Of a stretch of DNA of 40,325 bases, positions 1 through 12,239 are shown in pieces (the stretch's first letter is position 1; each line of letters starts with the position of its first letter). The stretch is from Octopus sinensis (lineage: Eukaryota). Location of the stretch: contig NW_021831952.1 of assembly GCF_006345805.1 (NCBI RefSeq), forward strand, positions 1 to 40,325. The letters run 5' to 3'. The translations under genes were made by a program, and so were the position numbers. The notes beneath the pieces were generated by a model. That model worked only from the letters and a program-made list of their open reading frames with translations. It was not told the DNA's origin and ran no database searches.

Positions 1-472
1 TTCCTTATTTAATCTATCTATCACCACTTCTTTTCTCCTTCATATGTTGTGACGGAGAAAACACAAGAGTATTACTATAGTAAAGATTTATGTTTATATA
101 CGCATGCGTATATGATGAGTACATATCTGAAAACCCAACTGTCTATCTTCCATTCATTCATTCACTATTTTCTATCAATGAATCAATAATTACTATTCAG
201 CTTCATCATACAAAACCATTTTTTTTAAAACCATTCTTGTTCTTTTGGATAAATAGCCAACCGGTGATGAAAGTCTTTTTTTTCTTTTTTGTTGTTGTTA
301 CTAGGTCTGTCTTCACCGGATTACTTTTTCATGCGTAACATTTCTCTCTCTCTCTGGTATTCAGCAGCTTGTGAAGCAGACGAACAAACTGCGAACGTGC
401 ACATTCGCATTAACACGCAAACTCTAGTTGAGATAAGTATTACGCCATTTGTGTTTCATTATTTTTATTTAC

Positions 473-528
473 TTTTGTGAAAATGCCTCTGCCTTCCGGT
501 ACTATTTCTATACAACGCCTACCGACAT
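473..528 (-). CDS. candidate internal exon (xVGRRCIEIVPEGRGIFTK)
   Basis: Minus strand reads ...ctatatgaag|ATGTCGG...ACAAAA|gtaaat; only one frame is open; no homology recognised. Confidence 0.2.
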
Positions 529-1303
529 CTTCATATAGAAATGTCAGTGTTTGGGGTGGTAATAAAAAAAGTATATTCACAATTAGTATGAACATCATAA
601 ACAACGTTATCATTAATATTGTAAACACCATATCATGTTCCGATTCAATAAGCAGGTACACATGAATAGGTAACGCTGGTTTAATAAAATTGATGAGAAA
701 AGAGGGAAAGAGCGAGAGAGACAGAGCTGGGGCGGGGAGGGAGAAGAAGTGACAAATTTGATGAGAGCTTGACGATGCACTAAAAAAGTGCATTTAAAAA
801 ATTTGTCCAGTCTAGCAAGGTCTTCGAGTTGAGGTGCTACTAGAAGATAACGAATAAGATAACCAAAACTAAGCGTTTATTCCTTTTTTTTTTTTTTTTT
901 GAAGGAGTTGTAGGTTGTGAGTTTGAAGCTGGGGTTTGGCGAGTGCGCAGACCATGCCATTATTTGCCACCTACCCAATAATCTATCTTTTCTCCATTCA
1001 ACAGGGAATTTCAATTAAGAATTTTAAGCAAGTGTATCGCGATATTCCGAACACAAACACATCCAAATTCATGCTATTGGCCCATTTTATTCATTTCCCT
1101 TAGCTTATATTTTTTAAAACATTAGCAAATTTGAGTCAACGCTGCTACGAAGAGGAGGTTTAAATAGACCGAAACATGACCATAGACGTCTCGTACAAAC
1201 GATAAAAAATCAGATGTACATTCTAAACGTGCAAATTCACTATCAAAGATTCTTAACCACTTGAAATCATCTCCCTTTTTATTATTAGATTGTTAACAAT
1301 TGC

Positions 1304-1360
1304 CGATAAAGTAGTTGTATACTGTCAACTTAATGTGACAGTCCCATGAAGGGAATTACC
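1304..1360 (+). repeat. partial copy of the repeat that forms the 24.9-kb hairpin
   Basis: cgataaagtagttgtatactgtcaacttaatgtgacagtcccatgaagggaattac aligns by eye to 24904-24959 with few mismatches. Confidence 0.7.
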
Positions 1361-1463
1361 GATAGATTTTTCCCTAACAAGTAAAATTTTCTATATGAGT
1401 GTGTACTCATCATTAATCCACTTTTTTCATGAAACTGGCTTTCTTATATAAGATCACACACTC

Positions 1464-1466
<3 letters not shown>

Positions 1467-1544
<78 letters not shown>
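1467..1544. repeat. (TA)n microsatellite
   Basis: Direct reading. Confidence 0.95.
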
Positions 1545-3586
1545 GTAAGATCTGTATGTGTTTCACTTGCACTAAGCTCACTCTTGTAGCTAGCTACAAC
1601 TAAGGCTTGTCTATGAAATCTGTGGGAATTTCCTCTTTCTTCTACTTGTTATTTTAATATTAATATAGGTTGTTCATAACTGGGATGTCAACACTGTGAA
1701 TTATGGGAACCAAAGGTGAGAGATGTTTTCTATAATTAAACTGAACAAAATCCTCATGATTTTCTTTTTCTGTTGTGTTCCATACGCAAAAGAAAAGCCA
1801 AGCTACTGACAACTTTGAAGTCGAGCTGACGCAAAAAGGAGTGACTTCCGGCTATTTGATTGTCTAATAAAAGCGATCCCCAACCATCGCAGATCATTCG
1901 GTACCGAGGTCGTTCTGAGAGAATATTTCAAATGTTATTTCTATTTTGACTTTCGCAGTGAGCAGGAGGTTTTTTACATTTATATACGTATATGTAATAA
2001 TTAAACTATATATTATGTATTTTCTTTTTTTTTTTGTTATGCATATGATCCCCCGGTTCATGGGAAAATTTTCTTGCGTGAAACTGGTCCGTGGTGTAAA
2101 AAAAAAAAAAGTTGTGGATTGCTGATCTAAAACAAAGTTCGAAGACACATAGTGCAATTTTTTCCTTTTTTTTTTTTGTAGTTGTCTGGAATCATGAAAG
2201 GCTAAGAACCATTTTATTAAATCTTCATTGTACAAACCAGTCCATCTCCAATACAGTTACAATATCGATTTTCTGGAAACCTTGTTTCCAAACTCTTCCC
2301 TTATTAGTGATTTTTCCGAACTAGGTGTGATTGCCTTGCTCAGTACTCTAAATTATACAAATACTAAATTTGTTTTAATAATTAAATGAAATACAAGCGC
2401 CTGTACATTAGTATAACTGGTACAAATTTATTAACACTGTACTGTGCAAGGTACCATAAGCTAATCAGGCGACCATGGAAATTTGAAGCTCCCGTTCGTG
2501 AATCATAGTGCAGATTATAAGAGGTTCCTTGCCATCGGTGTCTGGGAAGTCATTCAGCTTGTAACTCATCTACCTTTAACAATTGCCGATATTGATTTCT
2601 AAATGAATTTCCTGTGAAATTGAAGACAATAATATACGTATGTAATTATGTATCTCTTTACCCGATTATGTATCTCGTACCCGATTGACACATTATCAAC
2701 ATATATGTAATTGTTTATATACGCATACATGCAACGTATATGCTTACTTATGAAAGCCATACTCCTATCGCAGCCACGTATATATAACATTTTCTCACTG
2801 ACCCACTTAGGTAACCTCCAACAATATTTTTTACCTAACTACCATGTACTATTTTGACTATCAATCTTACGCTCAAATAATATAAGCAGTTGAATTGCCC
2901 TGTTGAAATAACTATTTGACCTCTTTCATTTCCAGTAAAACTAAAATGTTAGGCCACCTCGTTAGTGAAGTGTATCATATTTAAGTTTTAATCTTTAGCT
3001 TCACTGTGTTTAGTAACGTATGATGAGCTGTTGAAAATTCCGTTTTTAGCCGTGGAAGTTAGTCGGAACGATTGCACACTTGTAATGCAAGCCTGACCAA
3101 CAGACACTGTAATACGTCTGTTCTGCCTGAAGAATCAGCGTGTCACGGTCAAGTGTACAAGTTTCTGTGAAATCTTCAACCAATCATACTGTAATTCAGT
3201 GATTAGATAAATTAACTTAACAGGAGAACTCATCATCAAAACCGATGGAGAATCGGTTTACTGCTTCAAAGATTCGAGTCCAATAAGCTTAAATGAATAC
3301 GGAATATAACATGGTTAATTAAATTGTATAATAATGAAACCACCAGAAACATCGTCTTCAAATATTTTTCAGCTCTCTGCTTTCAGGCACTCAACTACGC
3401 TGACACACTCTACACATAAAACACATTTTATAAGTGAAATCCACGCATACCTATTATTCAATTGCATTATTGCCTTGCAACAGTAAGCATTTGGATATAA
3501 ACAGGTATATATCCAGTAGTATATTGGATATTTATTATCCCTTAGATGATTGTCTAATCTCTCTCTCATATATATATATATATATT

Positions 3587-3863
3587 ACGGAGATGTACTT
3601 GCATAGCAAGTGACTTGATCTGAGATCGTGTGCTGGAATGAAAACAATTGCAGCGTGGAAGGTGTTTATAAGCCATTTAAGAAACACACAAAACCGTTAG
3701 ATTCACTTCAACATTTAAATTTAATTTGTCAAAGTATTTTCGTCAGGTCGCGGTCTCAAAGAGACGAAATATTTGAGAAATTAAATTTAAATGTTGAAGT
3801 GAATCTAACGGTTTTGTGTGTTCTTTAAATGGCTTATAAACACCTTCCACACTGCAATTGTTT
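3587..3863. mobile_element. foldback insert in (TA)n, probable Penelope-like pLTR derivative
   Basis: Inverted arms 3642-3744 and 3763-3863 (~100 bp, few mismatches) with an 18-nt loop and (TA)n on both sides; the junction carries the 3' half of a hammerhead-like motif. The PLE assignment is inference. Confidence 0.65.
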
Positions 3864-4538
3864 ATATATATTTATATATATATATATATATTGCACAGAC
3901 CACCCAGAATAGTTTGTAGAGTGAATGAAGGTAACAGTTAAATACAAATACAAGCGTATTCTGCTTACGCTTATATTGTGCATAAACATGATACCTCTGA
4001 TGTTTTATTAACTCCCTTTGGTGTAATGTAAAGATGTTGGGCATCGGCTTAATGACACTTTGCTACTCAGCATGAATACGATGTCTTTAGCTCATACATA
4101 CATAAATACATAAATAGTAAAACCTGTCACCTAAAGAAATTCTGAAAACGTCTGAAATCTTAACTCTAGAATAGGAAATCTAGTTAAAAAGTCTTAGGCA
4201 GCTTGCTAGTAAAATATAGACTGAATGTCTACGATACATTATAAACACACACACACATACACAGACAAAATGGCCTCCAGGTTTATTCTAGAGTGCTGTA
4301 TTACAGACAGGAATCATAATGGAGTTTATTGAATGCATAGCTGTATTAGTGGGTAGCACGTAATTATAGGGACAATAGCAATGTCTTGAATGGAGTCTTG
4401 TCTGCCTTTATGTGTAACTTGCAGTACATATATATAAGCATACTTTTATATAAGATTATATATCTAGAGGCAAGTATACACCGTATTGTATGTGTGTCAG
4501 GAACAATCAGATTTTTCTTCGAATTTTAGCATTTTCAG

Positions 4539-4627
4539 TTGACGTGTTCATGTGTGGTGTATCTACTGGTCATGTTTGAGCTCGCACGCGCACACACATC
4601 TAAATATATTACCTCTGCTGGGGATAG
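4539..4627 (+). CDS. candidate exon (LTCSCVVYLLVMFELARAHTSKYITSAGD)
   Basis: attttcag| acceptor and ATAG|gtagga donor; one open frame; includes a CA-repeat-like stretch, so it may be chance. Confidence 0.15.
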
Positions 4628-4924
4628 GTAGGACAGCTGCTGAGCTAATGACAGTTGAGATAGAAACGTGTCCGCTGCTGTCTTCTTGTCTCCGGGCAAT
4701 CAAAAGCTCTTTTTCTGTGTGGCATTTAGAGCTTGATACCCATTGCCACTAAATGATTGTCCAAACAATTCTGTAAGCGGTGATGATTTTTACACATCAA
4801 AGATCTGTTTTGTATTGTGTTTTATTTAATGTACCTTTATTCCTCTGCTCAAATACGCGCTACTGATTATTTCGTTAATATATATATATATAATATATAT
4901 ATATATAATATATATATATATATA

Positions 4925-5215
4925 TAGTGCGGACTGGCTCTAAATATTGGTTGCCAGAAGATTAAGGGGGCCCATCCGCCGCACTACAATGCTATCATTT
5001 CTTTTTTCTTTTTGTTTTGTTAAAAGTATTCTTTTCAACTGTCTACGAACACAGTTAGGCTGAAATAATGCATTCTTCCAGGAGTGAATAACAAATTCTC
5101 AAACATGAGGGGATGGACCCCTTAGATAGTAACATGGTCCCCCATATATGGATTCTGATGGCGCTGGAGCCCACTTGCCATCGGGCAAGCTAGGAACCTG
5201 GCCAGTACGCCACTG
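4925..5215. mobile_element. degenerate MITE-like element with CAGTGGCG-type ends
   Basis: Left end tagtgcggactggc versus reverse complement of right end cagtggcgtactggc; no TSD readable because the flanks are microsatellites. Confidence 0.4.
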
Positions 5216-5224
5216 TGTGTGTGT

Positions 5225-5266
<42 letters not shown>

Positions 5267-5806
5267 TGTGTGTGTGTGAGTGTGTGAGTGTGTGTGTATT
5301 ACATACACAAGCATATGCGTAAGTGAAAACTTCAGTAACAAAGCACTTATTCAATATGCAGTAAAATTATAAATGGCATGCATTATACAATAAGTATCGA
5401 TCGATACAAATATATGCCGAGTTTCTCTCTCTCTCTCTCTCTCTCAACAGACAAGGCTTTTTTCAGCAACTACAACTATTGCACATGTTCTACGAATCTT
5501 GATCTTCGTAAAAATTGTTAGACGTACGCATTTATTTGTATGGCGTACATCTATAGTAGTATGGTGTATGTATGTATGTATATATGTATGTATGTATATA
5601 TGTATGTATGTATGGTGGTATGAGTTTGTAATTTATTACACATATCAAGCCCATTTAAAAACAAAATGGCCAGCTCCGGGATTTCACAGAATCCATCAGA
5701 AACATTCGCCGTTATACAAGCAATCTAAGAACCTCCTTATTAAGAAGCTGAGACCAGCTATGAACAACAGGAAAAAAGCAGTCTGGCTGATATAACAGCA
5801 CTAGAA

Positions 5807-6011
5807 GGCGGCGAGCTGGTAGAAATCGTTAGTGGGCTTAACGGCGTTTCCTCCATCTTTACGTTCTGAGTTTAAATCCCACCGAAGTCGACTTTTGCTT
5901 TTCATCATTTCAGGGACGATAAAATAAGTACCAGTTGAACACTGGGATCGATGTAGTCGACTTACAATCTGCCCCAAAATTGCTGGTCTTGTGCCTAACA
6001 CTGAAACCAAT
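5807..6011 (+). mobile_element. SINE family A (tRNA-derived, Meta/MESC-like core), tail type 2
   Basis: Head ggcggcgagctggtagaaatcgttag (A box), B box gagtttaaatccc, core gtcgacttttgcttttcatcatttcagggacgataaaataagtaccag. Confidence 0.85.
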
Positions 6012-6101
6012 AAAACAACACCAGTCCGCGCACGTCACTATCCTCTTCCACATATCTGAGTAACACTTTATTCCATCCCCATGTATGTATGTATGTATGG
6101 C

Positions 6102-6512
6102 TGGCTGTGTAATAAGTAGCTTGCTAACCAGCCACATGGTTCCGGGTTCAGTCCCACTGCGTGGCATCTTGGGCAAGTGTCTTCTGCTATAGCCCCGGGC
6201 CGACCAATGCCTTGTGAGTGGATTTGGTAGACGGAAACTGAAAGAAGCCTGTCGTATATATGTATATATATATGTGTGTGTGTGTGTGTGCGTGTGTGTG
6301 TGTGTCTGTGTATGTAAATGTTTGTGTGTCTGCTTGTTACCCCAACATCACTTGACAACCGATGCTTGTGTGTTTACGTCTGTCACTTAGCGGTTTGGCA
6401 AAAGAGACCGATAGAATAAGTACTAGGCTTACAAAGAATAAGTCCTGGGGTCGATTTGCAGGACTAAAGGCGGTGCTCCAACATGGCCACAGTCTAATGA
6501 CAAACAAATAAA
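6102..6512 (+). mobile_element. SINE family B (tRNA-derived, CORE-like), near full length
   Basis: A/B boxes tggctgtgt... and gggttcagtccc, CORE-like cttgggcaagtgtcttc, internal (TA)/(TG) tract, shared 3' region. Confidence 0.9.
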
Positions 6513-7441
6513 ACAATATATATATATCAGAAAGAAAAATAATGCTATAACAAAAACATAATCCAAGTATTTAATAACCAAAGAAAAAAAAAACTGGAGA
6601 GAAAGCAAAGTAATTTTAACTAGTTCGGGTCTCAATCAGCTTTGATGGTTGTCGAAAACGTGTTATATAATTCCCTTTATATACAGATTATATAAAAATG
6701 TATTTATGACAGTGCTTGCCGGAAAATAAATATTCAATTTATTATTGTAATATGCAGCCATTTTTCTATAATATGATATATGATTTTTTTTTTTTCAAAA
6801 GGTTAATGATGTCCGCCTTTGGATCCGACTATCTTTGGACTATACGAAGACGTTTCAACCAGGATTAGAGAAGTTCTTTCCTACGCGAAAATAAAAACGT
6901 TCCGCAAGTATTTATTTTTGTACGATTTTCCGTTTTTTGGGTTTTTTTTTTCTTATTTCCGATCCAACAGCCTGCGTTTTGTAGTGGGTCGCTAATCTCC
7001 GTTGGGAATGTGATACATAAATGAATGATGTTAGTAGACAGAGTTATGCCAGGCGTTACATGACCTATATTGTGTGGCAGATGTGGGGAGGTCAGGTGGC
7101 GGTCAGTAGGTCGGAATCTAAGGTTCTGAATTTTTATTTTATTATTTTTTTTTTTTTTATTCTCTTGAAGAATTTCGGAACAGTAAAAAAAAAAGAACAA
7201 GTAGCAGATTGTTTGCGGGATGTTTAAATTAGTTATAGAACACTAATAATAGCGTTGATCTTTTAGCTGTAAAGCAGCATCCATTCTCCATTTTAGTTTT
7301 AAATGGAAGAATACGATCAAGTTTTGTGATCTTGTATATTTCATTCTGCCTATTGCTGATGCGTCGCACAAGTGTGTGTGTATGTACGTGTATGTATATG
7401 TGTGTGTGTGTGTGTGTACGTGTGTTTATATATATAATATA

Positions 7442-7473
<32 letters not shown>

Positions 7474-7514
7474 TTCTCTTCTTTTACTTTGTATGGGTAC
7501 ATCTATTGTTAGTG

Positions 7515-7668
7515 TACAGTCATTTGACTGCGACCATGCTGGAGCACTGCCGTTAGTCGAACAAATCGACCCCAGGACTTATTCTTTGTAAGCCTTGTAT
7601 TTATTCTGTCTTTTTTGCCGAACCGCTAAGTTACGGGTTGTCAAGCGACGGTGGGAGGACAAAAACAC
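7515..7668 (-). mobile_element. SINE family B 3' fragment
   Basis: cagtcatttgactgcgaccatgctggagcac...gaaccgctaag is the reverse complement of the B 3' region. Confidence 0.85.
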
Positions 7669-7669
7669 A

Positions 7670-7714
<45 letters not shown>

Positions 7715-8228
7715 ATATTATATACACATAAGAGGAATGACCGTCTTGCCTGCTTTACGTTCTGGCGTTTGCCGAATTTTCTTGAGAAGAATTTTTCTTA
7801 ATGGTCAGACCATATGGGGTCTACATTTAGCATATTAGGTGTCCACCTAGTTGTCATTCCTCTTGTATGTATGTAAAATAATTTTCTGAATCTCCAGACG
7901 TTTTTCAATATGCTATGCTACTGATGCCATTTGGCTAATTAATTTATTTATGAAGAAATAAAAAAGAAAACACGAACATAAATAGCCACTCACATGGCAT
8001 CTATTTTTTATACTTAAAGATTCTGCTGGCTTACCGCTTTTGTAATATTCACACACACACACACACAAACACACACACTTTGTGTGCGTGAGCACTCAAA
8101 AACAGACACTAGCAATATTTGTAATTGTGTCTTCTGAATATATACATCACAAAGTTTCATCCAAGATCTAAGTTTCTCTTCGTTTTTGGTTAACCTTTTT
8201 TTTTTAACCCGGAGGAACCCCAAATTCG

Positions 8229-8625
8229 TAAGGGTTCTGGAGCTTGCTTCCCAACAACGTGGTTCTGGGTTCAGTCCCACTTAATGGCAACTTGGCAAGT
8301 GTCTTTTACTGCAGCCTCGAGCCGACAGAAGCCTTGTGAGTGCATTTGGTAGACGGAAACTGAAAGAAGCCCTTCGTATATATATATGTATATTTATCTG
8401 TGTGTATATCTATGTTTGTCCCCCATCTCACCCCATCACAACTTGACAACCCCTGTTGGTATGTATGTTTACGTCCCTGTAATTTAGCGGTTTGGCAGAT
8501 GAGACTGATAGAATAAGTACCAGGCTTAAAAAATAAGAGCTGGGGTCGACTCATTCCATTAAAGAAACTTTTTTTTTTTAAATCAAGCCGGTGCCCCAGG
8601 ATGGCCGCTGTCTAATAACTGAAAG
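8229..8625 (+). mobile_element. SINE family B
   Basis: gggttcagtcccac...ttggcaagtgtc...ggtagacggaaactgaaagaagcc...gatagaataagtac. Confidence 0.9.
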
Positions 8626-9907
8626 ATAAAAGATAATGTCTTCCTTTTAAGACCAGTGGGTGTGATCCCATTTAGATTAGATTGTTCATTCCATAAAGTC
8701 TGTCGACCAAAAATATGCTATAATTGTCTAGAATTTGTTGTATAACATTGTATAACATTGTATAACATTAATTGAATATCGTTTACGTCACGTGTGCATC
8801 CGAGAGGAACCTGAAAGGTATCTCTTTTTATACCTGCTTCTATAAAATATTCGCAGACTTCATACCAACCCAACATAGTAGAGAAAGTAACATGGAAATT
8901 TAACAGTTGCAGGAACATTACTCCCCGAAATGGATCAAAGAAAATAAAACAAAAAAACAAAAAAAAAAAGAAAAACAAAAAAAAATAGAAACCTCGTTTG
9001 CCAAGTAAAGGCTCACATGTCAAGATACGATCAGATGAAACAGAATCGATCTTTTTTACTAAATTAAAAGAAAAACACACTTTCTATTGTTGCCGCATTT
9101 TCATATAATATATTATTTCAATCAGTATTTTTTTTTCTCACTACATCTCTCTCCCTTACATTGTATTTCTCTCACATTAATATATAGTTTGTTTTTTTTT
9201 CTGTTGTTTCTGAAATATTTCTTTTCACGGTTTATTTAGTTTTGCCTTTCACTATTTTTAATTATGCCGTTACTTTGCTTTTTAGTTGTTCGCTCACCTT
9301 CATTTTCTCCCGCTTCGCTCACTTTTCTGTTTCATGTACAGTAATGATAATACTACAGTCAGAATTACCTTTTCTCTCTCTCTCTTCAACCTGTTTATTT
9401 TCTCTATTCCTATCGTTTGCGATTCTTTCCTCGTTTTCTCATCCTATTTCCTTCTTATTTTTTCCACCTCTCCCTCCATCACTCTTTCTCTCTCTCTCTC
9501 TCTCTCTCATTCATAGGCTTTTTACCTCTGTTGTATTTCCCCCTCCCTCAACTTATTTCGCATTCATCCCTCACCCTCGTTCTTTTTTTTTCTTTTTTCT
9601 TCCTTCGTTCATTTGTTTCATTGTTAGTTTGTTTCGGCTCACTTACCAACCAACCAACCTACCTGCCATCCAGTGACCTACTTTACAATAACTATCGAAA
9701 CCGCGAGTGTGGATTGTGTGACATTCATGGCTCCCACCACACGAGCACGCAGTACCTTATACTATAACTAAGTGGAAAAAAAAACAAAAAAAAACTGTGA
9801 ATGAAGCATGGAATAATTCTTAATTTCTCAGGGATGTCCTCCGCATGAAAGACCCACTTCAGTCTGAGTTAGCATACTCACATGTAGTACACAAATGTTT
9901 AAAATTA

Positions 9908-10230
9908 TACTCTTTTACTCTTTTCCTTGTTTCAACCATTTGACTGTGGCCATGCTGGAGTATCGTCTTTAGTCGAGGAAATCGACCCCAGGACTTATTC
10001 TTTGTAATCCTAGTACTTATTCTATCGGTGTCTTTTGCCGAACCGCTAAGTATTGGGGACGTAAACACACCAGCATCGGTTGTCAAGCGATGTTGGGAGG
10101 ACAAACACATACACATACATACATATACACGACAGGCTTCTTTCAGTTTCCGTCTACCAACTCCACTCAAGGCTTTGGTCGGCCCGGGGCTATATTAGAA
10201 GATACTTGCCCAAGGTGCCACGCAGTGGGA
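9908..10230 (-). mobile_element. SINE family B, 5'-truncated at the B box
   Basis: Reverse-complement match from the (tactctt)n tail to gccacgcagtgggac. Confidence 0.9.
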
Positions 10231-10409
10231 CACATCTCCCCTTTTCCTAGAAAGAAGAAGGGAGCCGCCTTAATTTCATGAATTTACGGGTCACCCCCCC
10301 CCCCCCCCCCTGAATCTCCAGGCTTTGGGATCGATGTACCCGCTAGACCAACCTTTAATACACTTAGTTTGCGTTTTACACAAATTGCCATTAATGCTAG
10401 TGAGTTTAT

Positions 10410-10827
10410 TATTCTTCAACTTGTTTTAGCCATTGGACTGCGGCAATGCTAAGGTACCACCTTGAAGGGTTTCGTTGATCAAATCAATCCCGGCACTTTT
10501 TTTTTTAAAGTCACACGTGTCTTATGCCAAACCGCCAGTTTACGAGATCGAAACACACCAACACCAGCTGTCAAGCGGCGGTGAGTTGGAGAAATAAAGA
10601 CACGCATGTGAACGCAATAATATATAGTCTTTTACTTATCGGTTTCTTTTACCGAAACGCTAGGTTACGGGGAAGAAAACACACGAGCATCGGTTGTCAA
10701 ACTATAGTTGGGGATTAACACACATACACACACTCACAAGGCTTTGGTCGGTCCGAGGCTTTAGTGGAAGACACTCGCTCAATGTAGGTTCCACGCAGTG
10801 GGACAGAACCCGGAGTCATTTGGTTGG
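10410..10827 (-). mobile_element. degenerate stacked SINE family B fragments
   Basis: Two partial 3' regions plus a head (aagacactcg...acgcagtgggacagaacccggag). Confidence 0.7.
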
Positions 10828-10860
10828 AGATATATATATATATATTTATTATATAGAAGG

Positions 10861-10911
10861 AGCTTCTACAGGACTAGAACTGTTTCATTCAAGAGAAATC
10901 TTCAGGAAGCC
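10861..10911 (-). ncRNA. type I hammerhead ribozyme motif (PLE-type) in a mini-insert within (TA)n
   Basis: Minus strand GGCUUC-CUGAAGA-UUUC UCUU GAAU-GAAA-CAG UUCUAGUC CUG-UA^GAAGCU. Core is intact, stem I has 5 bp plus G.U, stem III is ACAG/CUGU, and stem II has 3 bp behind a U.U mismatch. Confidence 0.75.
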
Positions 10912-10949
10912 ATATATATATATATATATATAAATGCACGCGCGCGGAA

Positions 10950-11110
10950 GTGGTTTCCACTTAGGTTTCCGTCTACGAGATTCACTTCTAAAGCATTGAT
11001 TGGTTTGGATTTATAGTAAAAGACACTGGTTCAAAATGTCACGAAGGGAGACGGAACCCAAAACCAGTGGCTGCGAAACCGATTCTTAACCATATAATCA
11101 TGCCTGCGAC
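10950..11110 (-). mobile_element. old SINE family B 5' half
   Basis: gtttccgtctac...aagacactgg...ggaacccaaaacc...ttaaccat. Confidence 0.6.
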
Positions 11111-11554
11111 TATATAATGTATGTAATTTATGTATTTGGTTTATGGGTCGCCATATTACGCTGCACGAGTCATGTATCGTTGCCAGGTGGGCCCAAACTA
11201 CAAAAATAAAGAAAGAAAAAGAAAGAAAGAAAGAAAGAAAGAAAGAAGGTTGTCTGTTACTGCTTTATATCGTCATTCAACCTTCGAAAAATAGATACCA
11301 AATTTTTATCAAACTCCGCTACATCATTTTCTTGGGTAATATAGTGTTAATACATTAATTAACAAAATATCCGAATGGTTATGACCGAGCCGTTTTGATG
11401 CTTTGTCTGCATAATTAGAGTCGATTTCGGCTGAAACGAAATCAATAATACCACAAGTAGGGAGTTTGCTGTGGAAAGTAGTTGCATTTTGACCTGAATT
11501 TGTTTAGGTAACGAGCATAGGTGATATCAGTTTTGTAGAACTGTACAGGTTATA

Positions 11555-11772
11555 CGAAAGGGAGCTGGAAAGTTCCTGGTTTTAAGGGTGTCGCGAAAGA
11601 CCTGGTTGGAGGCCCAATTTTCCGAGTTCTTTTAAAGGACTTAGAAAAACTGAAGGACCATTGCAATGAGTGTGTGAACCTGAGAGGGGAATATGTTAAT
11701 TAAAATCATTAATTAACTGATCGTCCTGTATATTCTTTTATCCAAAGTCAAGAAGTTTTCAGTACCCTCTCG
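11555..11772. mobile_element. Tc1/mariner-type MITE
   Basis: TIRs cgaaagggagctggaaagttcctggtt and aagtcaagaagttttcagtaccctctcg; TA on the left, CA on the right. A second partial left end lies at 11804-11855. Confidence 0.75.
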
Positions 11773-12239
11773 CACGCACACACACACACATACATACACA
11801 CATGCGAAAGGGTATTGAAAGCGCCTGGCTTTAAGGGTGTCGCGAAAGGCCTCGGTGTTTTGTGTGTAGAAAACGAAAGAAGAGGATAAAGGAAAAACGA
11901 ATAAACTACTGTAATAAAACAAAGAAACATGTTAGAGTAGCGGGGGAAAGGGAGAGAGTTGAGAAACAGAGAGGAAGAGGGGAAATGGAGAGAAAGAAAT
12001 GAAGGAAGAAAGAGGAAGAAATGGAGAGCGCGCGAGAGAGAAAAAGGGAGAGCGCGATGGGAAAAGGGACAGAGAGGGAGGAGAGAAAGGATAGGAAGGA
12101 ACCGGTCTATTTTAATCTCTTGTGATAGTCGTTTGCTGAAGATACCGAGCTAAGCTAAGACGCTTACATCACTGACAGCAAATAATGCCTGGATAGCGGG
12201 AATGCTTCCCGTTGCTGTACCTATATGTAGTGCCTGTAT

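Noticed and set aside
45-212. Solo LTR (TGT...ACA ends)
   Set aside because: Short, with no TSD, PBS or PPT.
1145-1186. Hammerhead-like cgaagagg...ccgaaacatg
   Set aside because: U4 is missing, there is no UH triplet, and stem I is poor.
1584-1599. Perfect palindromes ttgtagctagctacaa and gtatcgatcgatac (5393-5406)
   Set aside because: Isolated, derived from self-complementary tetramer slippage, with no associated structure.
1820-1870. Promoter from TGACG plus ETS (ACTTCCGG) motifs; GC box at ~730
   Set aside because: Short motifs expected by chance; no CpG-rich context or first-exon donor.
3040-3200. LINE reverse-transcriptase relic on the minus strand (…KLVHLTVTR*FFRQNRRITVSVGQA…)
   Set aside because: The resemblance is short, interrupted by a stop, and not followed by the expected GVPQG motif.
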